Assembly: GCA_951406725.2 (NCBI GenBank) | Contig: OX597817.1 | Coordinates: forward strand, 169,694,001-169,758,000 | Reading direction: 5' to 3' | DNA length: 64,000 bases | Origin: Octopus vulgaris | Lineage: Eukaryota | In this document: positions 37,605 to 50,830 of the stretch, piece after piece | Position numbering within the stretch: the first letter of the stretch is position 1 | Layout of the letters: every line of letters starts with the position of its first letter | Notes under the pieces: generated by a model | The model's database searches: none | Seen by the model: the letters and a program-made list of their open reading frames with translations, nothing else | What the model was told of the DNA's origin: nothing | Program-made: the position numbers and the translations under genes

Positions 37605-38052
37605 CTTTACTCTTTTACTCTTTTACTTGTTTCAGTCATTTGACTGCGGCCATGCTGGAGCACCGCCTTTAGTCGAACAAATCGACCCCGGGACTTATTC
37701 TTTGTAAGCCCAGTACTTATTCTATCGGTCTCTTTTGCCGATCCGCTAAGTGACGGGGACGTAAACACACCAGCATCGGTTGTCAAGCAATGCTAGGGGG
37801 ACAAACACAGACACACATACACACACACACATATATATATATATATACATATATACGACAGGCTTCTTTCAGTTTCCACCTACCAAATCCACTCACAAGG
37901 CATTGGTCGGCCCAGGGCTATAGCAGAAGACACTTGCCCAAGATGCCACGCAGTGGGACTGAACCTGGAACCATGTGGTTGGTTAGCAAGCTACTTACCA
38001 CACAGCCACTCCTATGCCTATAGGTACTTACCACACAGCCACTCCTGCGCCT
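37605..38052 (-). mobile_element. SINE family B (5' end locally duplicated)
   Basis: Reverse complement of the 32631 copy. TACTTACCACACAGCCACTCCT is duplicated at 37992 and 38025. Confidence 0.9.
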
Positions 38053-38448
38053 ATGAGAATATATTATAAATTTAAAGGTATAATTTCTATTATAAGTAAT
38101 ATTAAAGGTACCTTGCTATTTTTCCACATTAACAGAAGAAATTTAACTCTACCCTGTGCAGAGCTAAGTCAATGATGTCTGGTTATTGGAAAAGTAACAG
38201 ATTTATCAGCTGAAGCAAATTGTTAATTTGAGAATGGAGTAAATATGTACTTATTTTGGTCTTATTAATTATGTTGTTGCTTGGCAAGTAACGAGTTCAT
38301 GGCTCAAATTTCATCAGAAAGTTTGTTGCTGTTTTTGTATTTTAAATTGGAATTTACAAAGATATAACGCTAATGTTCTCATTAAAAATTTTACCAGGTA
38401 ATATATACAGACACACATACACACACATATATACATACATTTTATGTA

Positions 38449-38496
<48 letters not shown>

Positions 38497-38828
38497 AACT
38501 ACAATTTCCACTTGATATTTATTTTGAAGTACACCAACCTCAAAATAAATATCAAATGGAAATTGTAGTTGTGATACCTGTGCCGGTGGCACGTAAAAAG
38601 CACCATCCAAACGTGGCCGATGCCAGCCTCCCCTGGCACCTGTGCTGGCGGCATGTAAAAAGCACCCACTACACTCATGGAGTGGTTGGTGTTAGGAAGG
38701 GCATCCAGCTGTAGAAACACTGCCAGATCTGACTGGAGCCTGGTGCAGCCTCCTGGCTTTCCAGACCCCGGTCGAACTGTCCAACCCATGCTAGCATGGA
38801 GAACGGATGTTAAACGATAATGATGATG

Positions 38829-38829
<1 letters not shown>

Positions 38830-38859
<30 letters not shown>

Positions 38860-39800
38860 TGTATGTATGTATGTATGTATGTATGTATGAATGAATGTAT
38901 GTATGTATGAATGAATGTATGTATGTATGTATGTGTGTATGTATGTATGTATGTATGTATGTATGTATGTGTGTATGTATGTGTGTATGTATGTATGCAT
39001 GTATGTATGTATGTATGTATGTATGTATGTATGTATGTATGTATGTATGTATGTATGTATGTGTGTATGTATGTATGCATGTATGTATGTATGTATGTAT
39101 GAATGAATGTATGTATGTATGTGTGTATGTATGTATGTATGTATGTATGTATGTATGTATGTATGTATGTATGTATGTATGTATGTATGTATGCATGTAT
39201 GTATGCATGTATGTATGTATGCATGTATGTATGTATGTATGTATGTATGTATGTATGTATGTATGTATGTATGTATGTATGTATGTGTGTATGTATGTAT
39301 GTATGCATGTATGTATGTATGTATGTATGTATGTATGTATGCATGTATGTATGTATGTATGTATGTATGTATGTATGTATGCATGTATGTATGTATGTAT
39401 GTATGTATGTATGTATGTATGTATGTATGTATGTATGTATGTATGTATGTATGTATGTATGTATGTATGTATGTATGTATGTATGTATGTATGTATGTAT
39501 GTATGTATGTATGCATGTATGTATGTATGCATGCATGTATGTATGTATGTATGTATGTATGTATGTATGTATGTATGTATGTATGTATGTATGTATGTAT
39601 GCATGCATGTATGTATGTATGTATGTATGTATGTATGTATGTATGTATGTATGTATGTATGTATGTATGTATGTATGTATGTATGTATGCATGTATGTAT
39701 GTATGTGTGTATGTATGTATGTATGTATGTATGTATGTATGTATGTATGTATGTATGCATGTGTGTATGTATGTATGTATGTATGTGCATGTGTGTATGT
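38830..39800. repeat. ~970 bp (TATG)n microsatellite, following the tail of a family D element (about 38545-38829)
   Basis: Read directly. Source of the spurious HTYI/MYVC ORFs. Confidence 0.98.
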
Positions 39801-40570
39801 TATTTTTGATATTTTCATCCTTTATCTTTCCATGATCTTTGCTAAGTAGCAAAATGAATGGATCAATAATTAAGAAGCTCACTTTGCAATGATGTGGTCT
39901 TAGGTTCAGTTCCAATGCACAGCACCTTGAGCAAATGTCTTCTTCTATGGCCCTGGGCCAACCAATGGCTCATGAGTGAATTTGATAGGTGGAAACTGTG
40001 TGCAACCGTCTTATATATGTATACATGTGTGTGTATGCAGTATGTGTGTGTGTGTGTCGGTGTCTATGTCACTAACATCATCACTGATGCGGTCATAAGT
40101 TTATCCATTCAGTTCCGGAACCAAGTGATGATTTGTGTTCTTGAGCAAAACACTTCATTTCACAGCTGTTCCAATCCACCCGGTAAAAATGATTAAATGC
40201 CATCACTAACAAACAATACATTTACATATCAATACTACTACTACTACTACTACTACTACTACCACTACCACCACCACCACTACTACATTGTTGTCATTAT
40301 CATTATCATTTTAATGTCCACTTTTCTATGCTTACCTGGATGAACTGGAATTCACTGATGCAAATTTTCTACAGGTGGGTGTCCTTCCTGCCACCAACCC
40401 CACTGGTTTCCAAGCAACATACTATTTCCCTATAACCAGATGTGTTTCATTGGAAGATTAGTAATGAATGACACCACTTGTATGCCAGTGACAATAATTT
40501 ACAGCTATCATAGAATGTCATGGACAATGAAACACTAACTCACGCATGCGTGCGCACACACACACACATA

Positions 40571-41126
40571 TCTATATATATAAAACTGTAGTTGTGTGAG
40601 TGTCTGTCTCCTACGATTTAGATTCCTAACTACTCCCACATTTTGCGATGCAGTTTAACCAAATTCGGGTATCTTATAGTCGTGATTCATATCGAGCCCG
40701 TCTGGGTATTAGCGCGCGTCTACGATGAGTCTACGATTTTAAAAATAATTTAACATCATTTTTTATTCCATTTTAATGCATATTTTTTCGTGTGTCGATG
40801 GCGGCGGAGTTGGCATCCACGCTCACGCCTGCACCTGTGTTGCTTCTTCCCTCCCTCGTGAAGCTGTGGGGAAGGGAGTGTAAGGAAATCAACGTCGTAA
40901 AGCGTTGTCAAGGAGACCAGGGTTCTTTTAGAACACCGACTTCATGGCTTGAAGACACCAAAACAGAAAATGTCTACGATGTGTCAACGATTTAAAAAAA
41001 AATTTACCATAATTTTTTTTCCATTTTTAATGCATTTTTTTTGCTATTTTTTGGCTATAACTCTCTAAAAATGCTTATATAGTTATTTCCCTTACAAACC
41101 CGAGCAATGCCGGACGATACTGCTAG
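40571..41126 (+). mobile_element. Non-autonomous Helitron
   Basis: A|TCTATATATATAAAA...CCCGAGCAATGCCGGA hairpin...CTAG|T. Inserted at an AT site with no TSD. Confidence 0.85.
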
Positions 41127-41624
41127 TTCAATATAAATACATGTGTGTGTGAGTATGGATGTGCTCCAGTCCACTCAGCTGGCAAAAATGAGCAATCCTG
41201 TGACAGACCGGTGTCCCATTCAGGTGGGGGAAGTTACACACCATGGAAACCAGTCCTTCTAAGTTAGCATGACTCAAGAAGGTACCCTTTACTTTTTTGT
41301 GGAGATGTGTGGTTTAGTGGTTAGGGTATTAGACACATGATCATAAGATTGTGGTTTCGATTCCTGGACCAGGCAATGCATTGTATTCTTGAGCAAAACA
41401 CTTTATTTCATGTTGCTCCAGTCCACTCAGCTGGTAAAAAAAAATAAGTGAGCCTACGACAGACTGGTGTCTCATCCAGGTGTGGAATATACACGCCATG
41501 AAACTGGGAAACTGTCCCTGTGAATCAGCATGACTAGGGAAGCTAACTTTACATTTTACCTTGCATAGATGCGAGGCATTGAGATGCCACTCCTGTCTAA
41601 AGTAGAAGCTGCAGATATCACTCT

Positions 41625-42038
41625 CTTTACTATTTACTCTTTTACTTGTTTCAGTCATTTGACTGCAGCCATGCTGGAGCACCGCCTTTAATTGAGCAAC
41701 TCGACCCCGGGACTTATTCTTTGTAAGCCCAGTACTTATTCTATCGGTCTCTTTTTGCCGAACCGCTAAGTAACAGGGACATAAACACACCAACATCGGT
41801 TGTCAAGCAATGCTAGGGGGACAAACACAGACACACAAACACACACACATACATATATATATATACATATATACGACAGGCTTCTTTCAGTTTCCGCCTA
41901 CCAAATCCACTCACAAGGCATTGGTCGGCTCGGGGCTATAGCAGAAGACACTTGCCCAAGATGCCACGCAGTGGGACTGAACCCGGAACCATGTGGTTGG
42001 TTAGCAAGCTACATACCACACAGCCACTCCTGCACCTA
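41625..42038 (-). mobile_element. SINE family B
   Basis: Reverse complement of the 32631 copy. Confidence 0.9.
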
Positions 42039-42039
42039 A

Positions 42040-42890
42040 AACAGTGTACTGAGGATGCAATTTCTGTAGACTGCAATCTTGAAGTCAGCTGTTACTTTTA
42101 CTGTTATCCTAGACTCTTGTAAGTCTACCTGGCTTGTACTGGATCAGTTCTTTTAATGCATCTGTTTGTCTAAGATGCTAGAAAAGGATTGTCTGTGATA
42201 GGAGAGCCAAGATATATAAACTTGTGGACTATCTCTAGCTCCAAGTCGTTAATAGTGAGAATATGGGAGTACGCAAGACTTTGACCCAGCACTTTAGTCT
42301 TCTTCAAGCTGATGGTCAAGCCAACATCTTGACAGGAGCTTGTGAGACTGTTCATGAGCATGAACAGTCTCACAACATTTGCTCTGCTAAGTGTGTCACC
42401 AGTGCCACATCACCAGTGAATAGAATGTCTCTAATGAGTACTTTGCATACTTTAGTCAGTCAAGAAAGGCTTAGAAGTTTTCCGTTTTGATCTTGTGTGG
42501 AGATAAATGCCATCAGTTGATGTTCCAAAAGCATGTTGCAACATGATGCCAAATATTGTGGGAGCAAGAAGATGCCAAATATTGTGGGAGCAAGAAAGCA
42601 GCCCTATTTCACTCCACTGTGAACACTAAATGATGCCTTTCATGTCTGTGTGGAATGACCAAGCAATCCTTAGTAATAATGGAGGGCATTCAATCTTCAC
42701 AGCAAATTTAAACAGGATGTCTCTGCTCCCGAGATCAAAGGCTTTTGTGAGGTCAAAGAAAATGAAGTAGAGTGATTGTCTTTGCTTTCTGCTATTTTCT
42801 TGTAATTGTCATAGGGAGAAGATCATGTCAATTGTAGAATATTCTGACCTGAAGTTGTGCTCAGACTGAGAGTATAGACTTGACAGCAAA
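42040..42890 (-). pseudogene. Decayed RTE (BovB-like) reverse transcriptase fragment
   Basis: Minus-strand motifs STIDMIFSL, FFDLTKAFD, GVK.GC.LAPTIFGI, GLTISLKKTKVLGQ, FIYLGS, with frameshifts. Confidence 0.8.
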
Positions 42891-43183
42891 TTTTTTACGA
42901 TTTATTATGGATGTATGTGTACACACACACACACACAAAATTATTTATAACTTTATGTAATGTGCTTTGACAAGACCAATGTTCCAAAAAAAACCAATTA
43001 TTTCACGTTCATGAAATGTCAAAAATATAAATATGTACATATATAAATATATATATATATGTACATATATATATATATATATATACACATAGGGGGAGAG
43101 TTCATGAAAAAAACAAAAGACGAAGACAGGTGGTGTACAAAACAAACAGATGTATTAGTATAACGCTCAGGAATAGAAAAAGG

Positions 43184-43219
43184 CTTTTATGTTTCGAGCC
43201 TACGCTCTTCTACAGAAAG
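43184..43219 (-). ncRNA. Minimal hammerhead-like motif in a Penelope-like pLTR fragment (about 43090-43297)
   Basis: CTTT-CTGTAGA-A-GAGC(gtag)GCTC-GAAA-ca-TA-AAAG. Same architecture as 35582, with core variant A6U. Confidence 0.45.
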
Positions 43220-43327
43220 GGACACAGAGCAAAAAACACGGAGAGAAACAAGGAGAGAAAAAAAATGTCTGTAGTGGCTACTGATCTATCATGGTGATAT
43301 ATATATATATATACATATACACACATA

Positions 43328-43755
43328 TATATTGAGGGAAAATAAGAAGAAAATGGAGAATAAATGGATGCAATTACTGATATATTTGCATGTTATAAAA
43401 AGTTGGGTTTTTTTTTTGGAAAAACGATAAAATGATTACATAAACTGCGTTAGTTCTTTTTTAACCCTGACAAAGTCCTACCACAATATAGCTTGAATGT
43501 AGCAACTTCTTGGCATTAAACAAGATGCATGGAGATTCCCATCAGCTAGATGATACGACTGAAACAAATATGTAAGTTCTTTTTCTGTTTTCATCTTAAT
43601 TCATTTTTCTTTGAGCTTTCAACTTCCACTCAACTAATTCATTTGCAATGTTCTTTTTTTTTCAAAAAGAACATCTTTTTTATAACATGCAAATCAATCA
43701 GTAATTACTTCCATTTATTCTTCTTCATTTTCTTCTCCTTATTTTCCCTCAATAT
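43328..43755. repeat. Foldback/MITE-like element with ~75-85 bp terminal inverted repeats
   Basis: ATATTGAGGGAAAATAAG...AATTACTGAT..ATTTGCATGTTATAAAAA pairs with TTTTTATAACATGCAAAT..ATCAGTAATT...CTTATTTTCCCTCAATAT. Confidence 0.8.
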
Positions 43756-43953
43756 TGATAATTTCAATAATCCTAAGCGTATACCAATGACTTTCCCATT
43801 ACATGATACAGATTAAACCAGTGGAATACCTTGGATTATATAATCCCTAATGAGGTTTTAACTCCCTTGAATTAACTATATATATATATACATATATATA
43901 TACATACATACATACATACATATATATATATATATACATACATACATACATAC

Positions 43954-43998
<45 letters not shown>

Positions 43999-44359
43999 CA
44001 TATGATCATTATGAGAACTAATTCATTAAACAGAGTTCAATAAATGTCATCAAACAAAATGAGATGAATCAGATTTTGTTGTTAATGATGGATTATTCAT
44101 TTATTCAATTATCACCGACAGCTGTTTCTGTCAAAAAGACCATGATATCATCAAGGAAATAATGCATATTATTATCATATAATGTCTTTTTTGTACTCAT
44201 CAGTGGATTGTAATTAAAACAGTGAGATGTCTTAAATTTATTGCCTTGAGTTTTTTTCTTTGTTATCATGATATTAATATTTACTTCGTTAAACTCACAA
44301 AATGTAATTCAAGACAAAGGCTTAAAAGTGCAACTTTTATATTTCTAATCATATAGATA

Positions 44360-45001
44360 TAGCGCAGGAGTGGCTGTGTGGTAAGTAGCTTGCTTACCAA
44401 TCTCATGGTTCCGGGTTCAGTCCCACTGCGTGGCATCTTGGGCAAGTGTCTTCTGCTATAGCCCCGAGCCGACCAATGCCTTGTGAGTGGATTTGGTAGG
44501 TGGAAACTGAAAGAAGCCTGTCGTATATATGTATATATATATATATGTATGTGTGTGTATATATGTTTGTGTGTCTGTGTTTGTTCCCCTAGCATCGCTT
44601 GACAACCGATGCTGGTGTGTTTATGTCACCATCACTTAGCGGTTCGGCAAAAGAGAGCGATAGAATAAGTACTGGGCTTACAAAGAATAAGTCTTGGGGT
44701 CGATCTGCTCGACTAAAAGCGGTGCTCCAGCATGACCGCAGTCAAATGACTGAAACAAGTAAAAAAAAAAAAACATACTCTTTTATTCTTTTACTTGTTT
44801 CAGTGGCCATGCTGCAGCACCGCCTTTAGTTGAGCAAATTGACCTCAAGACTTATTCTTTGTAAGCCTGGTACTTATTCTATCGGTCTATTTTGCCAATC
44901 CACTAAGTTATGGGGACGTAAACACACCAGTATCGGTTGTCAAATGATGTTAGGGGGACAAATACAGTCACACAAACATATACACACATACATACATACA
45001 A

Positions 45002-45048
<47 letters not shown>

Positions 45049-45218
45049 TATATATGACGGGCTTCTTTCAGTTTCCGTCTACCAAATCCACTCACAAGGC
45101 TGTGGTCAGCCCGAGGCTATAGTAGAAGACACTTGCCCAAGGTGCCATGCAGTGGGACTGAACCCGGAACCATGTGGTTGGTAAGCAAGTTACTCACCAC
45201 ACAGCCACTCCTACGCCT
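44360..45218. mobile_element. Two SINE family B copies, adjacent and inverted (tail to tail)
   Basis: Plus copy about 44360-44765, minus copy about 44778-45218. Confidence 0.9.
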
Positions 45219-45419
45219 ATATATATATGGTTATATATATATATATATATATATAGTTCAAATTTAAAGAAAACGCAAGATGAAGGCAGGTGTATTAGTT
45301 TGATACTCAAGAAGAATGAAAAAGTCTTTGATGTTTCAGGCATACACACTTTCATAGAAAGGGATGAGAGGTATGTTACTCATAAAAAATGAAGGAATTG
45401 TTCTTTAGATTATTTATAT

Positions 45420-45891
45420 ATCCGTTTGTGGCCGTTGCCAGCACTGCCCCGACTGGCCTCGTGCCGGTGGCACGTAAAAAGCACCATCCGTTCGTGGCCG
45501 TTGCCAGCCTCGCCTGGCCCCCGTGCCGGTGGCACATAAAAAGCACCATCCGATCATGGCCGTTTGCCAGCCTCGCCTGACACCCGTGCCGGTGGCACAT
45601 AAAAAGCACCATCCGATCATGGCCGTTTGCCAGCCTCGCCTGGCCCCCGTGCCGGTGGCACATAAAAAGCACCATCCGATCGTGGCCGTTTGCCAGACTC
45701 GTCTGGCACGTAAAAAGCACTCACTACACTCATGGAGTGGTTGGCGTTAGGAAGGGCATCCAGCCGTAGAAACATTGCCAGATCAAACTGGGCCTGGTGC
45801 AGCCTTCTGGCTTCCCAGATCCCCGGTCGAACCGTCGAAGCCATGCTAGCATGGAAAGCGGACGCTAAACGTTGATGATGATGATGATGAT
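45420..45891 (+). mobile_element. Retroposon family D with ~60 bp tandem subrepeats
   Basis: Unit CGTGCCGGTGGCACATAAAAAGCACCATCCGATCATGGCCGTTTGCCAGCCTCGCCTGG about 4 times, (GAT)n tail. Confidence 0.85.
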
Positions 45892-46543
45892 GTACAGAAA
45901 GTCTTCAGATTTTCAGAGGAAATGAAATAGAATGAAATAAAATACAATAAAGTAAACTATTAAGAAACTTCCATGTAACACTTTCAACAATGAGTATCCT
46001 AGTTACTCAATCAACTGAACTATTTTCTTGAATTATAAGTATGAGACCAACTGCTTATCCTGAGACAACATGTACTCTTAACCTAATCTTCAGGCAGAAT
46101 TAGCAGTGAAGCTTTATATTATAAGGCTGGCTCTTTAAATAAGAAGTATAATACCCCATGCCAGTACCTTTTAAAAGGCACCCATGCCGGGTGCCATGTA
46201 AAAAGTAATTGTGCTGGCAACATGGAAATAGCATGCATGCTGGTGCTACATGAAAAGCATCCAAGCTGGCAGTATGTGAAAAGCAACCATGCCATTACTA
46301 TGTAAACAGCACCTGTGCCAGTATTATGTAAAAGAGCACATGTACCAGCAACATGTGAAATACACCTATGCTGGTGCCATGTGGAAAAGTACACGCCATA
46401 CTTTGTAAAGTGGTTGGCATTAGGAAGGGCATCCGGCTGTAGAAATCATGGGGAAACAGATGAGTGAAGCCTGGTGCAGCCCTCCAGCTTACCAGCTCCC
46501 GTCAAACTGACCAACCCATGCCAGCATGGAAAACAGACATTAA

Positions 46544-46584
<41 letters not shown>

Positions 46585-47364
46585 TACATCTGAAATGTTT
46601 ACATACAGTTTCCATTTACCCAATTTCATTCTCAAAACTTCATCCAATTATAGTAGAATTTATGTTGTTCAACGTGCTGCACAGTGAGATTCAACCTGAA
46701 GGTCTTGAAGCTGCAAAGCAAACTCAGGCACACTTTTATCACACACACATGCATGCATGCACATGCACGCATGCACATACACACAGATAAGCACAGGCAC
46801 AAGTGCACACGTGAAGGCATATGGTCCAGTGGTTAAGGTGTCTGAGCTCAAAATCATAAGGTTGTGGGTTCAGTTTCTGGACTGCTTTGTATGCTTCAGC
46901 AAACTGATCCCCACCAGCCTGACCAGCTCCTGTCAAACTCTCCGGCACATACCATCATGGAAAATGGACATTATATAAAGAGGACTAGTTTAGCTGTTTC
47001 TCCAAAGATTGGAAAAAATAATGATGAAAATTCTTAATCAATTTCCAAATTTTATTGGATTTTCGTCAGTGGCATCAACACCAATTTGACCAATCCTAGT
47101 TAAAAAAAGCGGCCAACCTGTTCATATTCTCAATAATTACAATAGCTACAGAAGATTGGAACTACTAAATTGTATACCATAGGATATACTATATCTAACC
47201 TATACAGTACCTGTATGTTGTTGTTTGTTCCTTCTCGAGCCATTCCTGGTTCATAAGAGCTAATTTCCCAGTGTATAGGTTCCCCACGACTGTTCGTCTA
47301 GATGCTGCTAGGTGCAGAAGGAAAGGGTCAGAGAAAGTTGTGGCAAAAGAATTGACACACACAC

Positions 47365-47806
47365 ATTGAAACTCCGACGTCTGGCAGCTGACTTGGCAGA
47401 CACCCATAAAATTATCAACCATTGTACAAACAATAACTCTGAGCACCTTTTCAAACTCCACCCATCTAACACCCGTGGACATATTTACAAAGTCAGAAAA
47501 CAGCACAGCTCCCATGACTTTCAGAGACATTTTTTCACGCTGAGAGTGGCTGAAGCATGGAACAAACTGCCGGCATCAGTTGTTAGTTGTCGGAGCACTG
47601 CATCCTTCAAAACTTCCATGCTTCCTGAGATTCGCCAACACTACACCTGATTTTCTCCCTCCATACACACACAAGCATGTATCTGACTCATAGACTGTTC
47701 GCTTTCCAGACATTTCTACATTACTGCATGTACTTTATATGCACTTTCTGTCAAGTTGTGGTGCACCTGAGCACTGTATACAATAATTTCATTATTATTA
47801 TTATTA
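47365..47806 (+). mobile_element. CR1/L2-like LINE 3' end with (TAT)n tail, inserted in an older SINE
   Basis: TRGHIYKV...HFFTLRVAEAWNKLPASVV..S.ASFK motif typical of CR1-group ORF2 C-termini, then 3'UTR and ATTATTATT tail. Confidence 0.75.
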
Positions 47807-48062
47807 TAGAAGAAGTTTACCATTACCTTCTGCTGGAGCCGCATGGAGCTTAGGTGTATCACTCATAAACACACACATCACCCGGTGTAAGATTCGAACA
47901 AGCAATCCCTCGACCACAAGTCCACTGCTCTAACCACAAGGCCATGTGCCTCCAAATAGTATAGTACTGTAGAAACAGGGCTAATTCAGCTGTTTTTATG
48001 TAGATTGAAAAAAATGATGAACAACATGTGTGTGCTTGTGTGCGTGTGTGTGTGTGCATGTG

Positions 48063-48119
<57 letters not shown>

Positions 48120-48550
48120 ATTACTGTCTTTTTGCCTTCACTTCATGCAATACTTATCTCCTTCAGTTTCAATCTTAGGTAAAAAAAAAAAAAGGGTCCA
48201 GTGGGGAAATATTGCCTTTCTTGGAAAGAAGTGAGGGTTGGTGGCAGGAAGAGCACCTGGCCATAGAAAATCTGCTTCAACAAATTCCAGCTGACTCATG
48301 AAAGCATGGGAATGTGGATATTAACCAGTGATGATGATGATGAAGTTACGATGATATTCTGTACACACACACACTCACATACCCACACACACAAACAAAC
48401 ACACACACAAATGCAGGTGTGGCTTCACAACCACATGGTTCTGGGTTCAGTCCCACAGTGTGGTATCTTAGGCAAGTATTTTCTACTAGCCTTGGGTTAA
48501 CCAAAGCCTTGTGAGTGGATTTGGTACATGGAAACTGAAGGAAGCCTGTC

Positions 48551-48620
<70 letters not shown>

Positions 48621-49307
48621 ATTTGTGTTGGTGTGTTTATGTTCCTGTAACTTAGCAGTTTGGCAAAAAGAAACCGATAGAATAAGGATCAGGCTTAAAA
48701 AAGGAAAATAAATCCTGGGGTTGACTCGTTTGGCTAAAACACTAAAACCTTTCGAGTTGGTGTTCCAGCATGGCCACAGTCAAATGACTGAAAGTAGTAA
48801 AAGAATAAAAGCAAATACATATATATATATACACACACACACACACATACATATATATATATACTATAGGTGCAGGAGTGACTGTATGGTAAATAACTTG
48901 CTTACCGACCACATGTTTCCAGGTTCAATCCCACTGCATGGCACCTTGGGCAAGTATCTTCTACTATAGCCTCAAGCCAACCAAAGCCTTGTTGAGTGGA
49001 TTTGGTAGATGGAAACTGGAAGAAGCCCGTCATATGTGAGTGTATGTGTGTGTGTTGTGTGTGTGTACACTCACCATTGCTTGACAACTAATGTTGGTGT
49101 GTTTACATCCCCATAACTTAGCAGTTTGGCAAAAGAGACCGATAGAATAAGTACTAGGCATACAAAGAATAAGTCCTGATGTCGATTTGGCCGCAGTCAG
49201 ATGACTGAAAGAAAGAAAAGAATACACGCATGTATATGACAAAACGGGCCGCAGCTCAAAATTCGTCCACTGTATAAAAGTGTAATAAATAATAATAATA
49301 ATAATAA

Positions 49308-49863
49308 TGCCCTGATGCAGTACCAGGCAATGGCTCTCATGGCTTCTGATCTTAACTGATTGGAAGCGTTATCATGTACATTGTTTTGTCTTGGTATAAA
49401 AGATGGGCTACAGCAAATATTCTGCTCAACACCACAGATCTGCTTGTCAGTTGTTTGACCCTAAATAGTTGACCATGTCCCTTGGTGGCTGACGATATGT
49501 GCATCTCTGATCACGAGCAGAAGTAGTGGGGGAGCATCATAGCCATGTGTTGAGAGGGATTCTTTGGGGTTTGAATAATTCACCTCTGGAATCATGGGTG
49601 GTTCTTTCAACATCCTTAAACAACCCTTATTCAGGGACCTTTTGAGCGGGATGGGCTACTCAACCTGAGGAAAATTCTAACTGGGCCCCTCCTGCAAGGT
49701 CATGTGCTGTTTATCTTGATATGAGGTCACCATGTCGCGCACATATGGTTGTGATGCATGTGCCTGGTGTACCCTTATCAGACGGGTAGTCATGATGGGT
49801 ATATTGGGCTTCGTATATTTTACCCCAGTGTTACTTTGATGGCATGAACTGCTCTCTCACTCA
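49308..49863. mobile_element. Unclassified element embedded in (TAA)n
   Basis: GC-richer non-coding block bounded by (TAA)n on both sides, adjacent to the Dong 3' fragment. Confidence 0.5.
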
Positions 49864-49888
49864 ATAATAATAATAATAATAATAATAA

Positions 49889-50230
49889 GGTGGTTACAAT
49901 ACCAGTGATCGTAGGAGCACTAGGAATGATCAAGAAGGGAACCGAAAATTATATGAGAATGATCCCTGGCTTACCATCCCTGCAAGAAGTGCAAAAGATT
50001 GTCTTAACTGGTACATCACACGTATTGAGAAGAGCATTGTCGATGTGAGAACTGTTGCTGCTCATGTATTTTAATTTAACTTAAAAAACAAAAAAAAAGC
50101 AAAAATGAACGAACTAGTGAGTTTGGTTTAATGGCCTACCAATGTATACTAAGACTTTCTTTGCCCTAGGAGTCGGGAAGACACTCGGCAAGAAATGGAA
50201 GCAAATTTGAAAGAAGAAAAAAAAAAAATA
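49889..50230 (+). mobile_element. Short 3' fragment of the same R4/Dong-type LINE, in (TAA)n
   Basis: Near-identical to the reverse complement of about 10030-10355 (VTIPVIVGALGMIKK...RRALSM* plus 3'UTR), (TAA)n on both sides. Confidence 0.9.
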
Positions 50231-50830
50231 ATAATAATAATAATAAAATGTACCCTAGAAAAATACTGGGTAATTCTTCCGTGGAATTATTGTTTTTATT
50301 ATAGCATAAAAAACAAACATTAATTCACACACACACACGGACAAGATAGGGTTAAACTCAGGATTTAGTTTCAGATAAATCAGTTTTCATTCAAAAAGAC
50401 AAAAGAAAATAAAAGAAAAAGAAATGATTCTATATATGAGAAGGGAGCTTATCATAACAGAATCTAATAGAACTTCATTCTAGTTACCTCCCTTAGATTA
50501 AAATTATTTCTCCTTCACTTGGCAAAAATTGCTGACCGAACTAAATACTTTTTGATGACAGTCATAATTGTGACTATTTTTAGTGAAGTGTATTTGTGTT
50601 ATGTTACCCTCATTTCAGCAATGATCCAACAGACCAATAATTGAGGATTTCTGGCCGCTAGCACATTTCTTCTTATAATTAATGGAATATGGAATGCATC
50701 ATAAGGCAGATTAAAAGAAGAAATATCGAGGGAAACATCCAATATGTTCTTCCTTATTTAAGATGGTGGGGATGTGGTCTTGGGAGAAATTTGGCTGCTA
50801 TTTCTAGCACGCTGAGTGACTAGGGTCTTT

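Noticed and set aside
38499-39915. Long ORFs of 240-440 aa (HTYI/MYVC repeats)
   Set aside because: Translations of the (TATG)n microsatellite, which has no stops in any frame.
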